NCBI GenBank assembly: GCA_963932905.1
Contig: CAWVRN010000033.1
Coordinates: 1-43,296, forward strand
DNA: 43,296 bases
Direction of reading: 5' to 3'
Origin: an uncultured Bdellovibrio sp.
GTDB lineage: Bacteria; Bdellovibrionota; Bdellovibrionia; Bdellovibrionales; Bdellovibrionaceae
Position numbers and translations under genes: made by a program
Shown here: positions 28,704-37,870 of the stretch, one piece after another
Layout: each line of letters opens with the position of its first letter
Position numbering within the stretch: the stretch's first letter is position 1
The notes under the pieces: generated by a model
The model's database searches: none
Told to the model about the DNA's origin: nothing
Seen by the model: only the letters and a program-made list of their open reading frames with translations

Positions 28704-28731
28704 AAGATTTCTCCTGTTTTTGTTTGTGAGC

Positions 28732-28907
28732 CGCTCTTGTTTGAGCGACCTCTTCAAAATCATTGAGAGGTCCGAGGAGTCGGTGAAAACCCACACCCTA
28801 AGAATCTCCAGCCCCGAACGAGCTACTGCGGCAGGAGGTGTGAAAATTTAGAATAAATTGGCGCATCCTCCGTGCTGAGGGGGTGAAATAGAGATTTTTA
28901 GGGTGTG
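28732..28907 (-). other. Highly structured non-coding leader (nested inverted repeats)
   Basis: 17-bp stem CACACCCTAAGAATCTC (28792-28808) / GAGATTTTTAGGGTGTG (28891-28907); hairpins at 28732-28747 and 28747-28772; inner hairpins. Confidence 0.7.
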
Positions 28908-28918
28908 AGGGCCAACCA

Positions 28919-28969
28919 TTAAAAACAGGTGAGTTGAACTTCTATTTTTTCTTGGTATCTAAAAATATA
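28919..28969. repeat. Direct repeat copy 1 (51 bp)
   Basis: TTAAAAACAGGTGAGTTGAAC...TATCTAAAAATATA; 48/51 identical to 32875-32925. Confidence 0.92.
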
Positions 28970-29142
28970 GAAAGATGCCTGCGAGGCATTAGGAGCGACA
29001 TTATTTTCAAACCTTGACCTACAACATGACCACTCATTACTCAAAAATGAACACTGAAAAGTAAAGTTTCGAGCTATTTTGATTTTTTAAATCTAATACT
29101 CTGGGCCAGTGTCCAGAAGGCGAAAAATTTAACCAACACGAT

Positions 29143-29171
29143 TCGACAAGTATTGACGTGACGTGTAGAAT
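29143..29171 (+). promoter_or_regulatory. Putative sigma70 promoter of ietAS
   Basis: TCGACA-N17-TAGAAT upstream of the ATPase. Confidence 0.4.
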
Positions 29172-29202
29172 ATAACAAGTTGTGAAGTAGGATAAAGTAC
29201 AT

Positions 29203-30189
29203 ATGGCTACGTCAGACCAAATTAAAGCACTTATAAAGAGTCACTCTGAGGGCGACGATAGTCGGTTCTATTCCATTGCAATGCAAGTAGCTGCGCAAGC
29301 GGCGAAGCAAGGGCATTCCAAATTAGCCGACGAACTAAAGAGTTTAATTGATGATGCAAAAGAAAAGGGTCACCTTTTAAAAGTTAGGGACACTCCAAAC
29401 ACGGTTTTTATCAGTCAACCAAGAGGTGAGCTAAGTTCAATTCTTTCTGTAAGCTATCCAGATGATGGTTTGAATTCGTTAATATTGCCCTCTGGAACGT
29501 TAGAGAGATTAGACAGAGTAATACGAGAACATAAAATGCAAGATAAGCTTCGTTCTAAAGGTTTGCAGCCTCGTAGAAAATTGCTACTAGTGGGTCCACC
29601 GGGATCTGGTAAGACTTTGACTGCGTCGGCGTTAGCTGGGGAGATGGATCTTCCTTTGTACACAATTCAGTTGGATGGATTGATTACTCGATACATGGGT
29701 GAGACCGCCGCAAAATTAAGGTTGGTATTTGAGAATATTCAAAAAATTCGTGGTGTGTATTTGTTTGATGAATTCGACGCAATTGGTGGTCAGAGATCGT
29801 TTACGAATGATGTCGGGGAAATTAGAAGAGTGTTGAATTCTTTTTTACAGTTTTTAGAGCAAAGCAGTGCAGAGAGTCTTATCATAGCAGCTACAAATCA
29901 TCCGGAGCTTTTAGATGTGGCTTTGTTTCGTAGATTTGATGATGTGCTTGAGTATAATTTGCCTAGTAACGGTCTAGCTTTAAAGTTATTTAAGGATCGT
30001 TTGTCTCTTATGGATACAAAAAAAGTTGATTGGAAAAAAATTGTATCTGAATCACAGGATTTAAGTTTCGCTGAAATAACTAGAGTGTGTGAAGAAACTG
30101 TTAAAGAAAGTGTTTTATCAGATGTTGAGAGTGTATCAACAGAAAATTTAGTTGCACATATTAGAGATCGAAAGTTATCTAAAAAATAA
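29203..30189 (+). CDS. ietA: AAA+ ATPase of an IetAS system
   Basis: MATSDQIKALIKSH N-terminus, GPPGSGKT, YLFDEFDAIG, AATNHPELLDVALFRRFD; directly upstream of an S8 protease. Confidence 0.9.
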   Translation: MATSDQIKALIKSHSEGDDSRFYSIAMQVAAQAAKQGHSKLADELKSLIDDAKEKGHLLKVRDTPNTVFISQPRGELSSILSVSYPDDGLNSLILPSGTLERLDRVIREHKMQDKLRSKGLQPRRKLLLVGPPGSGKTLTASALAGEMDLPLYTIQLDGLITRYMGETAAKLRLVFENIQKIRGVYLFDEFDAIGGQRSFTNDVGEIRRVLNSFLQFLEQSSAESLIIAATNHPELLDVALFRRFDDVLEYNLPSNGLALKLFKDRLSLMDTKKVDWKKIVSESQDLSFAEITRVCEETVKESVLSDVESVSTENLVAHIRDRKLSKK

Positions 30190-30194
30190 CTTTT

Positions 30195-32630
30195 ATGGCT
30201 CAAAATTATAAAAACAATTTACCGCATCTTATTTTAAATAACTCTGGACACTCTGAAAGTTACTCATCTCCAAGCTCTGCTTTTACTGGCAAGAAATATC
30301 CGAGTAGACCTAATCGCAAAAATCACGCGAAGAAATTATTAACAGCACTTTATCAGGTTAATAAAGTGCTGCGAGAAGAAATGACGAATCAGCCTCAAAA
30401 GGGTGGGAGTTACATAGAAATTATCGGCCTACCTGGATTTGATTTGAAAACAGAAAGCCTGGAAAATAAACGAAAAGGTATAACCTTACTAAACGTAAGG
30501 GAGTTACCCGACAAGGAAAAAGCGGCTACTGTTTTTATTCCTCACAAAGATTTAAATTATTTTGTAAATAAAATTGAAGATTACAAAGAGGGACCGGGAC
30601 CTAACAAAAAGAACGCTCCCAACAATGATCTCGCCCGAAGTATTGAAAAAATCCAAACAGTTACCTTTCTCTCATTTTATACAGACGATATTTCGTTACT
30701 TCCCAATGATTCTCATACGAAAATTTGGTGGGAAATTTGGATCAAAAAAAGTGAAGAAAATAGAAATCAATACTTTTCATTTTTACGTAAAAATCAAATT
30801 AAGCACGGCACTTCTTATTTAGACTTTACAGATTTAACTATTGTTCCAGTTGAGTCATCGATAGATTTGTTGGTTCAACAAATTCAAAGTTTTGGTTTTA
30901 TTGCTGAAATAAGAATCGCTAAAGATGTAGCAGTTGAGTTTGTAGATATGAATAATATTGATCAACGAGATTGGGCAGATGAGCTTCTTAGAAATGTTCG
31001 TGTGCCATCTGCTGACTCGCCATTTGTTTGTTTGCTGGATACCGGTGTGAATGATGCACATAGTTTGTTGCGGCCAGCGCTCGCAGCTACAGATGTGCAC
31101 AGTGTGGTTGTTGGTCAGAACGGGATTGATTCTCATGGGCATGGGACTACGATGGCTGGTCTTGCTGTGTGGGGCCAGTTAGATCGGGCGCTACTAGCCC
31201 GTGGTACGGCCGAAATGCCTATTAGATTAGAATCCGTAAAGGTGCGAACGAATGTTCCTAATAATTTACCTTTGTATGGCAATCTTACTCAAGAGGCAGT
31301 GGCAAGAGCTGCAGTTACAAATCCAAATGTAAATCGCGTAGTATGTTTGCCGATTTCATTTCCACCATACGCGCACAGAGGAAGTCCTTCTTCATGGTCA
31401 GCTGCGATTGATGATATATGTTTCGGTAAAGTTACTGGCGATAAAATGTTGCTGATAGTTGCTGCGGGCAACATTGTAAATGATCCTACAGACTATCCAA
31501 ATGAAGCATTAACGAGTTCTATTCATGATCCTGGTCAGTCTTGGAATGCTCTTACGGTAGGGTACTTTGCAAATAAAGATCAAATTACGGATACTGCCTT
31601 TGCTGGATGGACCCCACTTGCTCCATTAGGTTCTTTAGGTCCATCTTCAAGCACTTCGTTAACTTGGCAAAGAAACAAGTGGCCTGTAAAGCCAGATGTG
31701 GTATTTGAAGGTGGTAATTTTGGATTTAATCCTGCAAATAATACTAGTGATACTCCTCCAAGTTTGCAGATGTTAACCTTGCATCATAGGTTTCCGCACG
31801 AGTATTTTAATTTAACAATGGAGACGAGCGCTGCAACTGCCCTTTTAAGTAGATTTGCAGCGATTATTTTTAAAACATATTCTTTTCTATGGCCAGAAAT
31901 GGTTAGAGCACTTATCGTTCATTCGGCATCATGGACCGATGAAATGTTGAAACTTATGAATTTGACGACCAAGGGCGGTCGCGAAAGTTTATTGAGAACG
32001 GTCGGCTACGGAATTCCCGATTTGAATAAGGCTTTAAAGAGTGCAACAAATGATTTAAATTTGTTAATCCAAGATGAAATTTCTCCCTTCACTGAGAAGG
32101 GAAAAATGAATGAACTTCGAATGCATAAACTACCTTGGCCTAAGCAAGCACTTGAGAGCTTGGGTACATTAGATATTCAGATGCGTGTAACTCTTTCATA
32201 TTTTATTGAACCCGATCCAAGTTCTAGAGGTTGGGACTATAAGTATCAGTATTCGTCGTATGGGCTAAGATTTGAAGTGCAAAAGAGCGATGAGCCAATA
32301 GGCGATTTTAGAGCTCGAGTGAATGCCGCCAGCCGAGACGAAGATGATGATGGTGTTCATGAAGGTGACACAGATTGGTATTTCGGAAAAAAGATTAGAT
32401 CAAAAGGATCGGTTCATTCAGATTACTGGGAAGGAACTGCAGAAGATTTGGCAACTCGCGACCATATCGCAGTTTATCCAACCTCTGGATGGTGGAAAAT
32501 TAAAGATTTTAAAAACAATGTCAATCGGTCTACCAGGTATGCATTGATAGTAAGTATAAGTACGCCAGATCAAGAAACTGACATTTACAATATCGTAAAA
32601 AATGAAATTGTAATACCAATTGAAGTTTAG
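30195..32630 (+). CDS. ietS: S8 (subtilisin-like) serine protease of an IetAS system
   Basis: Triad LLDTG / HGHGTTMAG / ETSAA; VAAGN oxyanion motif; no signal peptide; C-terminal IAVYPTSGWWK...RYALIVSI. Confidence 0.9.
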   Translation: MAQNYKNNLPHLILNNSGHSESYSSPSSAFTGKKYPSRPNRKNHAKKLLTALYQVNKVLREEMTNQPQKGGSYIEIIGLPGFDLKTESLENKRKGITLLNVRELPDKEKAATVFIPHKDLNYFVNKIEDYKEGPGPNKKNAPNNDLARSIEKIQTVTFLSFYTDDISLLPNDSHTKIWWEIWIKKSEENRNQYFSFLRKNQIKHGTSYLDFTDLTIVPVESSIDLLVQQIQSFGFIAEIRIAKDVAVEFVDMNNIDQRDWADELLRNVRVPSADSPFVCLLDTGVNDAHSLLRPALAATDVHSVVVGQNGIDSHGHGTTMAGLAVWGQLDRALLARGTAEMPIRLESVKVRTNVPNNLPLYGNLTQEAVARAAVTNPNVNRVVCLPISFPPYAHRGSPSSWSAAIDDICFGKVTGDKMLLIVAAGNIVNDPTDYPNEALTSSIHDPGQSWNALTVGYFANKDQITDTAFAGWTPLAPLGSLGPSSSTSLTWQRNKWPVKPDVVFEGGNFGFNPANNTSDTPPSLQMLTLHHRFPHEYFNLTMETSAATALLSRFAAIIFKTYSFLWPEMVRALIVHSASWTDEMLKLMNLTTKGGRESLLRTVGYGIPDLNKALKSATNDLNLLIQDEISPFTEKGKMNELRMHKLPWPKQALESLGTLDIQMRVTLSYFIEPDPSSRGWDYKYQYSSYGLRFEVQKSDEPIGDFRARVNAASRDEDDDGVHEGDTDWYFGKKIRSKGSVHSDYWEGTAEDLATRDHIAVYPTSGWWKIKDFKNNVNRSTRYALIVSISTPDQETDIYNIVKNEIVIPIEV

Positions 32631-32874
32631 CATTGTAACTGCTTTTCATCTGGACATTGATTTCAAGTTAACAGTGAGTCGTATTAGTATTCAGATGGCC
32701 ATAGGTTATCTCCAATCTTAATTGAATGCGTGGCGGTGTTGTGACGACATGTATGCGGGTTGGTTCGCAATATCTTCATCTGAGCTCGCGACTTAAAATT
32801 TTGATGAAGTGGAGGGCTTCGAAGCAACTCAACGTCAAATTCTTCTGGTCTACGTTTACAAAGCACTCCAAACT

Positions 32875-33150
32875 TTAAAAACAGGTGAGTTGAACGTCTA
32901 CTTTTTCTTTGTATCTAAAAATATATTCGGACTTCCCCAATTAGAGGCTCTAGATTGGTATAAAAGTTGAGCCTGTGATTTCCAAACCCATCTTTGTAAA
33001 ACGTCTATTTTTCCAATTGCCGCCGCGCCAATTACTATAGTCATAATGAATGGAATTAGTTTATCGAAGTTCAAGTTGGCCTCCTTTAGAGTACAATAGT
33101 TTTGTTTTCAAATCGTTGTAAAATGTTAAGAATGGTCGTTCGTTTCCATT
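32875..33150. repeat. Direct repeat copy 2 (junction, 58-aa ORF, recombinase 3' end)
   Basis: First 51 bp match 28919-28969; the whole stretch aligns with 37595-37870. Confidence 0.9.
32898..33074 (-). CDS. 58-aa small membrane protein (not in the ORF track)
   Basis: AAGGAGG RBS plus TTG; MNFDKLIPFIMTIVIGAAAIGKIDVLQRWVWKSQAQLLYQSRASNWGSPNIFLDTKKK. The second copy differs mostly at synonymous sites. Confidence 0.8.
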   Translation of the reverse strand: MNFDKLIPFIMTIVIGAAAIGKIDVLQRWVWKSQAQLLYQSRASNWGSPNIFLDTKKK

Positions 33151-33466
33151 CGCGATGTTTGCGAGTCCTAATTTTCTTGTCGTTCAGATAGTGAGTAATG
33201 CTCGTTGCGGACTGTCCAATCTGCCATTGGTTCCAAATTATTTGCAGAACTGGAAATTCTTTTTGGTCCTTTTGTAGCTTACCTTCGAGGTATACGTAAC
33301 CAAAGGGTGGTGCCGCTGAGCTTTTATATTTCTGACGCGAAATTTTTCTAGAATTGGCGGAATTCTTTGGCCGCAGTGTCGCTCCGCCTTTAACAAGGTG
33401 GTCTCGGGCGGTTGTGCAAGCAAATCCGGTTAAGTTTGAAACCTCTGATAAAGAGTAGCCCTGCAA
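33086..33466 (-). CDS. Serine-recombinase DNA-binding (Recombinase) domain protein with an N-terminal HTH and no catalytic domain
   Basis: GYSLSEVSNLTG HTH; PPFGY...ITHYLNDKKIRTRKHREWKRTTILNIL is the typical Recombinase-domain signature. The frame stays open upstream toward the IS junction, so the start is uncertain. Confidence 0.8.
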   Translation of the reverse strand: MQGYSLSEVSNLTGFACTTARDHLVKGGATLRPKNSANSRKISRQKYKSSAAPPFGYVYLEGKLQKDQKEFPVLQIIWNQWQIGQSATSITHYLNDKKIRTRKHREWKRTTILNILQRFENKTIVL

Positions 33467-33639
33467 GTAAAGAGGGCTGCAAACATTGAAAATTCGGGAA
33501 ATGTCTTTTTGAAATAGTTCAACAAAATCATGCTGTTGGTAATAGTTGCAGGTTCTCAGGGGTTGGCTACCAAATTTTCCTATAAGCGAACCGGAGATCG
33601 ACAGATTCTGGTTCGAACCATCTGCCGCTAAACGAGAGC

Positions 33640-34549
33640 GGCGCCTCGGGAAACTTTTAAGCCCGGTAAGAAAACGTCAAGCCGTAGAAATGCTAAAACA
33701 AAAACACTGTGTATCTGAAAGACGAGCTTGTCGGGCCATTAATCAGCCACGTTCCACACAAAGACATAAATTTGCGGACGAATCATCGGATTCAATTTTA
33801 ATTCGCCAGCGAGTTATTGCTTTGGCGAAAAAATATGGTCGCTATGGCTATCGCCGAATCTGTGCTTTGCTAAGGACGGAAGGGTTTCATGTAAATGTAA
33901 AACGCATTTACAGAATTTGGCGACAAGAAGGATTAAAAGTCCCGTCTAAGCAACCCAAAAAAGCAAGGCTGTGGCTAAATGATGGCTCGTGCATAAGACT
34001 TCGCCCCGAGTATCGAAACCATGTTTGGAGCTATGACTTTGTGGAAGACAAAACTCATGATGGCAGAAAATTTAGAATGCTAAATATTGTTGATGAGTAC
34101 ACGCGTGAATGTTTGGCAATCCGAGTGCGCAGGAAGCTAAACTCGCGTGATGTGTTGATGGCGCTATCAAAATTGTTTATCCAGCGTGGAGTTCCTGATT
34201 ACGTTAGATCAGATAATGGAGCTGAGTTTGTGGCAAAGATTGTTCGAAAATGGTTTGCAGATACCGAAGTAAAAACGCTTTACATTGCGCCAGGAAGTCC
34301 GTGGGAAAATGGTTACTGCGAGTCATTCAACGGAAAGCTTCAGGATGAATTACTAAAAGGAGAAATATTTTATACACTCAAAGAAGCACAAATTTTAATT
34401 GAGCGCTGGAGAGTTGAATACAACACGATCAGGCCGCATAGCAGTCTTGGTTATAGACCGCCAGCACCTGAAACTTTAACAAACAATCAAACACAAGTTG
34501 ATTTTAAATATGTCTCTTAGTATTTGGATCAACATCTGGGAGCAGGTCA
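33640..34549 (+). mobile_element. IS3-family element, left end and orfA missing
   Basis: Begins at the orfA/orfB frameshift window GGGAAACTTTTAA. Right end ...GGGAGCAGGTCA (CA-3') at 34549. No orfA or left inverted repeat upstream. Confidence 0.85.
33648..34520 (+). CDS. IS3-family transposase OrfB (DDE integrase core)
   Basis: YGRYGYRRI, WSYDF, SDNGAEF, PGSPWENGYCESFNG, YNTIRPHSSLGY. The track ORF from 33546 includes non-IS sequence. Confidence 0.93.
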   Translation, partial: GKLLSPVRKRQAVEMLKQKHCVSERRACRAINQPRSTQRHKFADESSDSILIRQRVIALAKKYGRYGYRRICALLRTEGFHVNVKRIYRIWRQEGLKVPSKQPKKARLWLNDGSCIRLRPEYRNHVWSYDFVEDKTHDGRKFRMLNIVDEYTRECLAIRVRRKLNSRDVLMALSKLFIQRGVPDYVRSDNGAEFVAKIVRKWFADTEVKTLYIAPGSPWENGYCESFNGKLQDELLKGEIFYTLKEAQILIERWRVEYNTIRPHSSLGYRPPAPETLTNNQTQVDFKYVS

Positions 34550-35745
34550 GTTCTTCGGTCAAAAATTACAGCGGCTTGTTTGGTGGACCAAAAGGGGTTT
34601 TAGAAATTAAGAACTCGGTCGTAACGAACGGCTCATTTATTTCCGGAAATATTACAGTCGATAATTCAACAATCTCTTCGGCGCAAATAGAAGGAATGGA
34701 GTCAGATTCGGGCTGGTCACCTTTAGATAAAAAAACCACGATCAACTATGCCGATATTAGCAATATAGTTAATGAAGTGATTGATAACAACTACGAGCCG
34801 CCAATAAAAATATACGGAAATGTGAATGTAGTTGGAACAGAAAATAAGCGTGTAAAAGTAATTAAAGAGTTTTCACCGACTAGTGTAGTAGGAAGTGATT
34901 TTATAAGTGAAGTACCGATAGACAATCCTTACATTTTCGGTCTCCTACAAGAAGTCAATTTAACAGAAGGTGTTGTTGTGAAAGATTCCATCATTGGCGC
35001 TATGGACTCGTCGATAAGCAATTACAGGCCAATTAGAATTCTGGAAGAATCAAATATCAATGGTTCAATTCTATACGGTTCCCTAGATATTCTTGGTGGC
35101 AGTATAATTGAAAAAAGCTTTTTAAGTAAACGCGGAGGCTCATCCACCATTGTAAAAGCTTCTACAGTTAGCCATAGCAACGTAAATGGTTATGGTAAAG
35201 TACTTAGTTCAACGATAAAAAATGGCAGCGCAGTCGGAACTGTGGTAAACGGGATCACCGCTGAAGAAACACCATTTGAAATCAGTGCCTCTAGTTCAAT
35301 TGATGGCTCAAGCGTATTTGGCAGTAGTGTGCTTAGCAGTAAGATTGAGAAAAATTCTTCGGTGTTGCAAAGTGCAGTAATAAATAAGAGTTTAGTTTCA
35401 AAATCCTACATTAGTGAAAGTACGATTGACGCATCAAAAGCCATAGAATCTAGTACTGTATATAGTTCGCAGATAACCACTGGTTCTGAAATTATTCAGT
35501 CGTTTATAAATAGTTCTGTGGTTAATAACTCAAAAGTGATGGGTGAAAGTACTGTGGGCAGCTCGACAGTAGTCAACTCAACCCTAAACACTATTTATGC
35601 TTCTTATTCGGCTAACATTTTAAATTCGATACTTATGGGTCCTTTGGATTTCAGCGGTAAGTCTGTTAGCAGTAAGAAATGCTATTTAAATTTGGAAACA
35701 CCGGATCAGTATGATTCAGTTTGTGAACCTTTGAGTCTTCCCTAG
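34550..35745 (+). pseudogene. Ser-rich beta-solenoid (LbH-like) protein, 5' end cut by the IS
   Basis: Short S-x-I/V repeats. The first ~17 codons of track ORF 34498 lie inside the IS right end. Confidence 0.65.
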
Positions 35746-35756
35746 TAAGGAGTTTT

Positions 35757-36281
35757 ATGAAGTTTGGTAGAGTATTTTTAGTGATATGTTTAATGAGTTT
35801 AACATCCTTAAGTCATGCCAATCCTTGTTATAGGTCAAAAGGCCACCTGCACAAAAATGGTGGAGGCTTTGTGGCTGATAGTGCTAAAGTCGACGAGACG
35901 GCGTTTATCGACCGGGCAGCTCAGGTTTGTGGAAATGCTCAAGTTAAAAATTCGGCGAAAATATTAAATGCGGCGATTGTCGATGAACAAGCTATTGTTT
36001 CTGAAAATGCCGTTATCAGTGTCATGGCAAAAATATCGGGTAAGTCTAGTATTTCTGGAAATGCAGTGGTGACTGGTGGCGCCAAGGTGTTCGGTGATGC
36101 TAAAGTATTTGAAAATGCGAAGGTCAGCGGTATGGCGCAAGTCTACCAGCAAGCGAGTGTGTCGGGACTTGCTAGTGTAACCGGAAGCGCTAAAGTATTT
36201 GGCCAAGCGCAAGTTAAAGGTAATTCAAAGATTAATAAAGACACACAAGTAGATGGCGATAGAATAATAAATGAAAAATAA
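35757..36281 (+). CDS. Secreted hexapeptide-repeat left-handed beta-helix protein
   Basis: AAGGAG RBS; signal peptide; HKNGGGFVADSAKV followed by (G/N)-x-A-x-V repeats. Confidence 0.85.
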   Translation: MKFGRVFLVICLMSLTSLSHANPCYRSKGHLHKNGGGFVADSAKVDETAFIDRAAQVCGNAQVKNSAKILNAAIVDEQAIVSENAVISVMAKISGKSSISGNAVVTGGAKVFGDAKVFENAKVSGMAQVYQQASVSGLASVTGSAKVFGQAQVKGNSKINKDTQVDGDRIINEK

Positions 36282-36305
36282 TCGAACTTTAGCAGAGGAG
36301 ATTTC

Positions 36306-37382
36306 TTGAGAGCTAACTTAGCATGTAATAAATTTCTATTCTCATATCTATTCGTGATCGCATATGCCACTAATTTGTTTGCGGGAAGAATAGAGGTAAC
36401 AGACGACAATTCACCTTATCTAACATATAAATATCTCGAAAGCATGTCCCATAATACTCCACCAAATGTAAAATTCTACCCGAACAAAGATTTTACAGGA
36501 AAACCGACGATAGTTATTGATTCGAAAGGCTTAACTATAGAAGATAAACTAGTGTGTGAGTGGCGAGATACATATAAAGAGAACTATGACAAAAGACTTC
36601 TACTCAGCACAGAGTCAGATAATAAATTGGGCGAAAGTTGTTCCAGAACAGGGCCAATTATATCACAGTATGAATTGTTTCGAATCGAAGTAAAAAATAA
36701 TCTGTCAAAAGATTTCTACGAAGTAACGTTTAATGACAAGACTCTATACTTAGATAAAAAACAAATGAACGATTTTGATTTTCACGAGTCAGTCTTAACT
36801 CAAGAGAAAGAAAACCTAAAATCAAATGCAGACGCATACAAAAACCTTAAAGAGCAAGATAAAAGTTTAAGAGTTTTTTTGGAAAATTTTAAAAAGTGCA
36901 TTAGTAAAAAAGACAAGTCTTGCTTGCCGCAAGGAGATCAATATGAAGCTCTAGATGAAGGGTGGCAAGACTATGTATGTGCATACCATAACTATTCAAT
37001 CGTGACAGAATCATCCTATTGCGAAAAATGGCTGGCGCATCGATGTCCAGTCTCAAAAGGACTCGAAAATAATGGTGATTGCGATGAAATATTAAAGTCA
37101 CCACGCCAGCAACGCCCAAAACGAAGTAAGAAAACTGAGAAGCAGCTTACTAATTTTTTGTGGAAAAATTTAGAAGGTTGTTTCTTTAGAGAAAAGGAAG
37201 TTAAAGTCTATAAAACTGAAACCTTAACTATAGTAACTATAAAAACTAATGAGCAATACGACTTTGAGTGCGATATATCAACTTATAATAGTAATCAAGC
37301 GAAAGACCGATGGTCACTTTCGAGCATACGCGCAAATCCAAGACGGCTGCCTGACACAAACTTTAAGATTTTTGGCCCTTAA
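36306..37382 (+). CDS. Hypothetical secreted Cys-containing protein
   Basis: GAGGAG RBS; signal-like N-terminus; multiple Cys residues. Confidence 0.7.
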   Translation: MRANLACNKFLFSYLFVIAYATNLFAGRIEVTDDNSPYLTYKYLESMSHNTPPNVKFYPNKDFTGKPTIVIDSKGLTIEDKLVCEWRDTYKENYDKRLLLSTESDNKLGESCSRTGPIISQYELFRIEVKNNLSKDFYEVTFNDKTLYLDKKQMNDFDFHESVLTQEKENLKSNADAYKNLKEQDKSLRVFLENFKKCISKKDKSCLPQGDQYEALDEGWQDYVCAYHNYSIVTESSYCEKWLAHRCPVSKGLENNGDCDEILKSPRQQRPKRSKKTEKQLTNFLWKNLEGCFFREKEVKVYKTETLTIVTIKTNEQYDFECDISTYNSNQAKDRWSLSSIRANPRRLPDTNFKIFGP

Positions 37383-37594
37383 ATATTGGATGTCGCGTCC
37401 TAGTGGCGTAGTCTTTCTTTAATCGGTTTTATTAAGATTGATACGAATCTAGACAAGATAACTCGTCACCCAAAACTTTTTTCTGCTATCTTACCATATC
37501 TGCCTTCGCTTTAGCCGCCATTTCGTTTAACTCTGTGGATATCTTTGTGTTATTTCGCAATCGCCACGACGTTTCAGTTTGATTTACCTAATCT

Positions 37595-37870
37595 TTAAAA
37601 ATCGGTGAAGTGAATTTCTACCTTTTCTTCGAATCTAAAAATATATTCGGACTTCCCCAGTTAGAAGCTCTAGATTGGTATAGAAGCTGAGCCTGTGATT
37701 TCCAAACCCATCTTTGTAAGGTGTCTAGTTTTCCAATTGCCGCCGCACCAATTACTATGGTCATAATGAATGGAATAAGTTTATCGAAGTTCAAGTTGGC
37801 TTCCTTTAGAGACGATGGTTTTATTATCAAATCGGGTAAAAATATTAATAACTGAGTTTCGGCTCCAAAG
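37595..37870. repeat. Direct repeat copy 3 (diverged)
   Basis: Aligns to 32875-33150. Minus strand encodes WSRNSVINIFTRFDNKTIV versus WKRTTILNILQRFENKTIV in copy 2. Confidence 0.9.
37618..37794 (-). CDS. 58-aa small membrane protein, second copy
   Basis: TTG 37794 after AAGGAAG; near-identical protein to 32898-33074. Confidence 0.8.
   Translation of the reverse strand: MNFDKLIPFIMTIVIGAAAIGKLDTLQRWVWKSQAQLLYQSRASNWGSPNIFLDSKKR

Noticed and set aside
32640..32874. 60-aa ORF or possible gene remnant after ietS
   Set aside because: No RBS or recognisable motif, and the plus-strand protein-like frame is interrupted by a stop.
33546..33647. N-terminal extension of the transposase ORF as orfA
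   Set aside because: No HTH or leucine zipper and too short. It is non-IS sequence that happens to be in frame.
37795..37830. ATG-started 70-aa version of the small ORF
   Set aside because: The extension is absent from the other copy, and the RBS position supports TTG at 37794.
28919..37870. Repeats as a CRISPR array, integron attC or Xer dif sites
   Set aside because: Spacing is kilobases, there are no cas or intI genes, no RYYYAAC/GTTRRRY pairing and no XerD arm TTATGTTAAAT.
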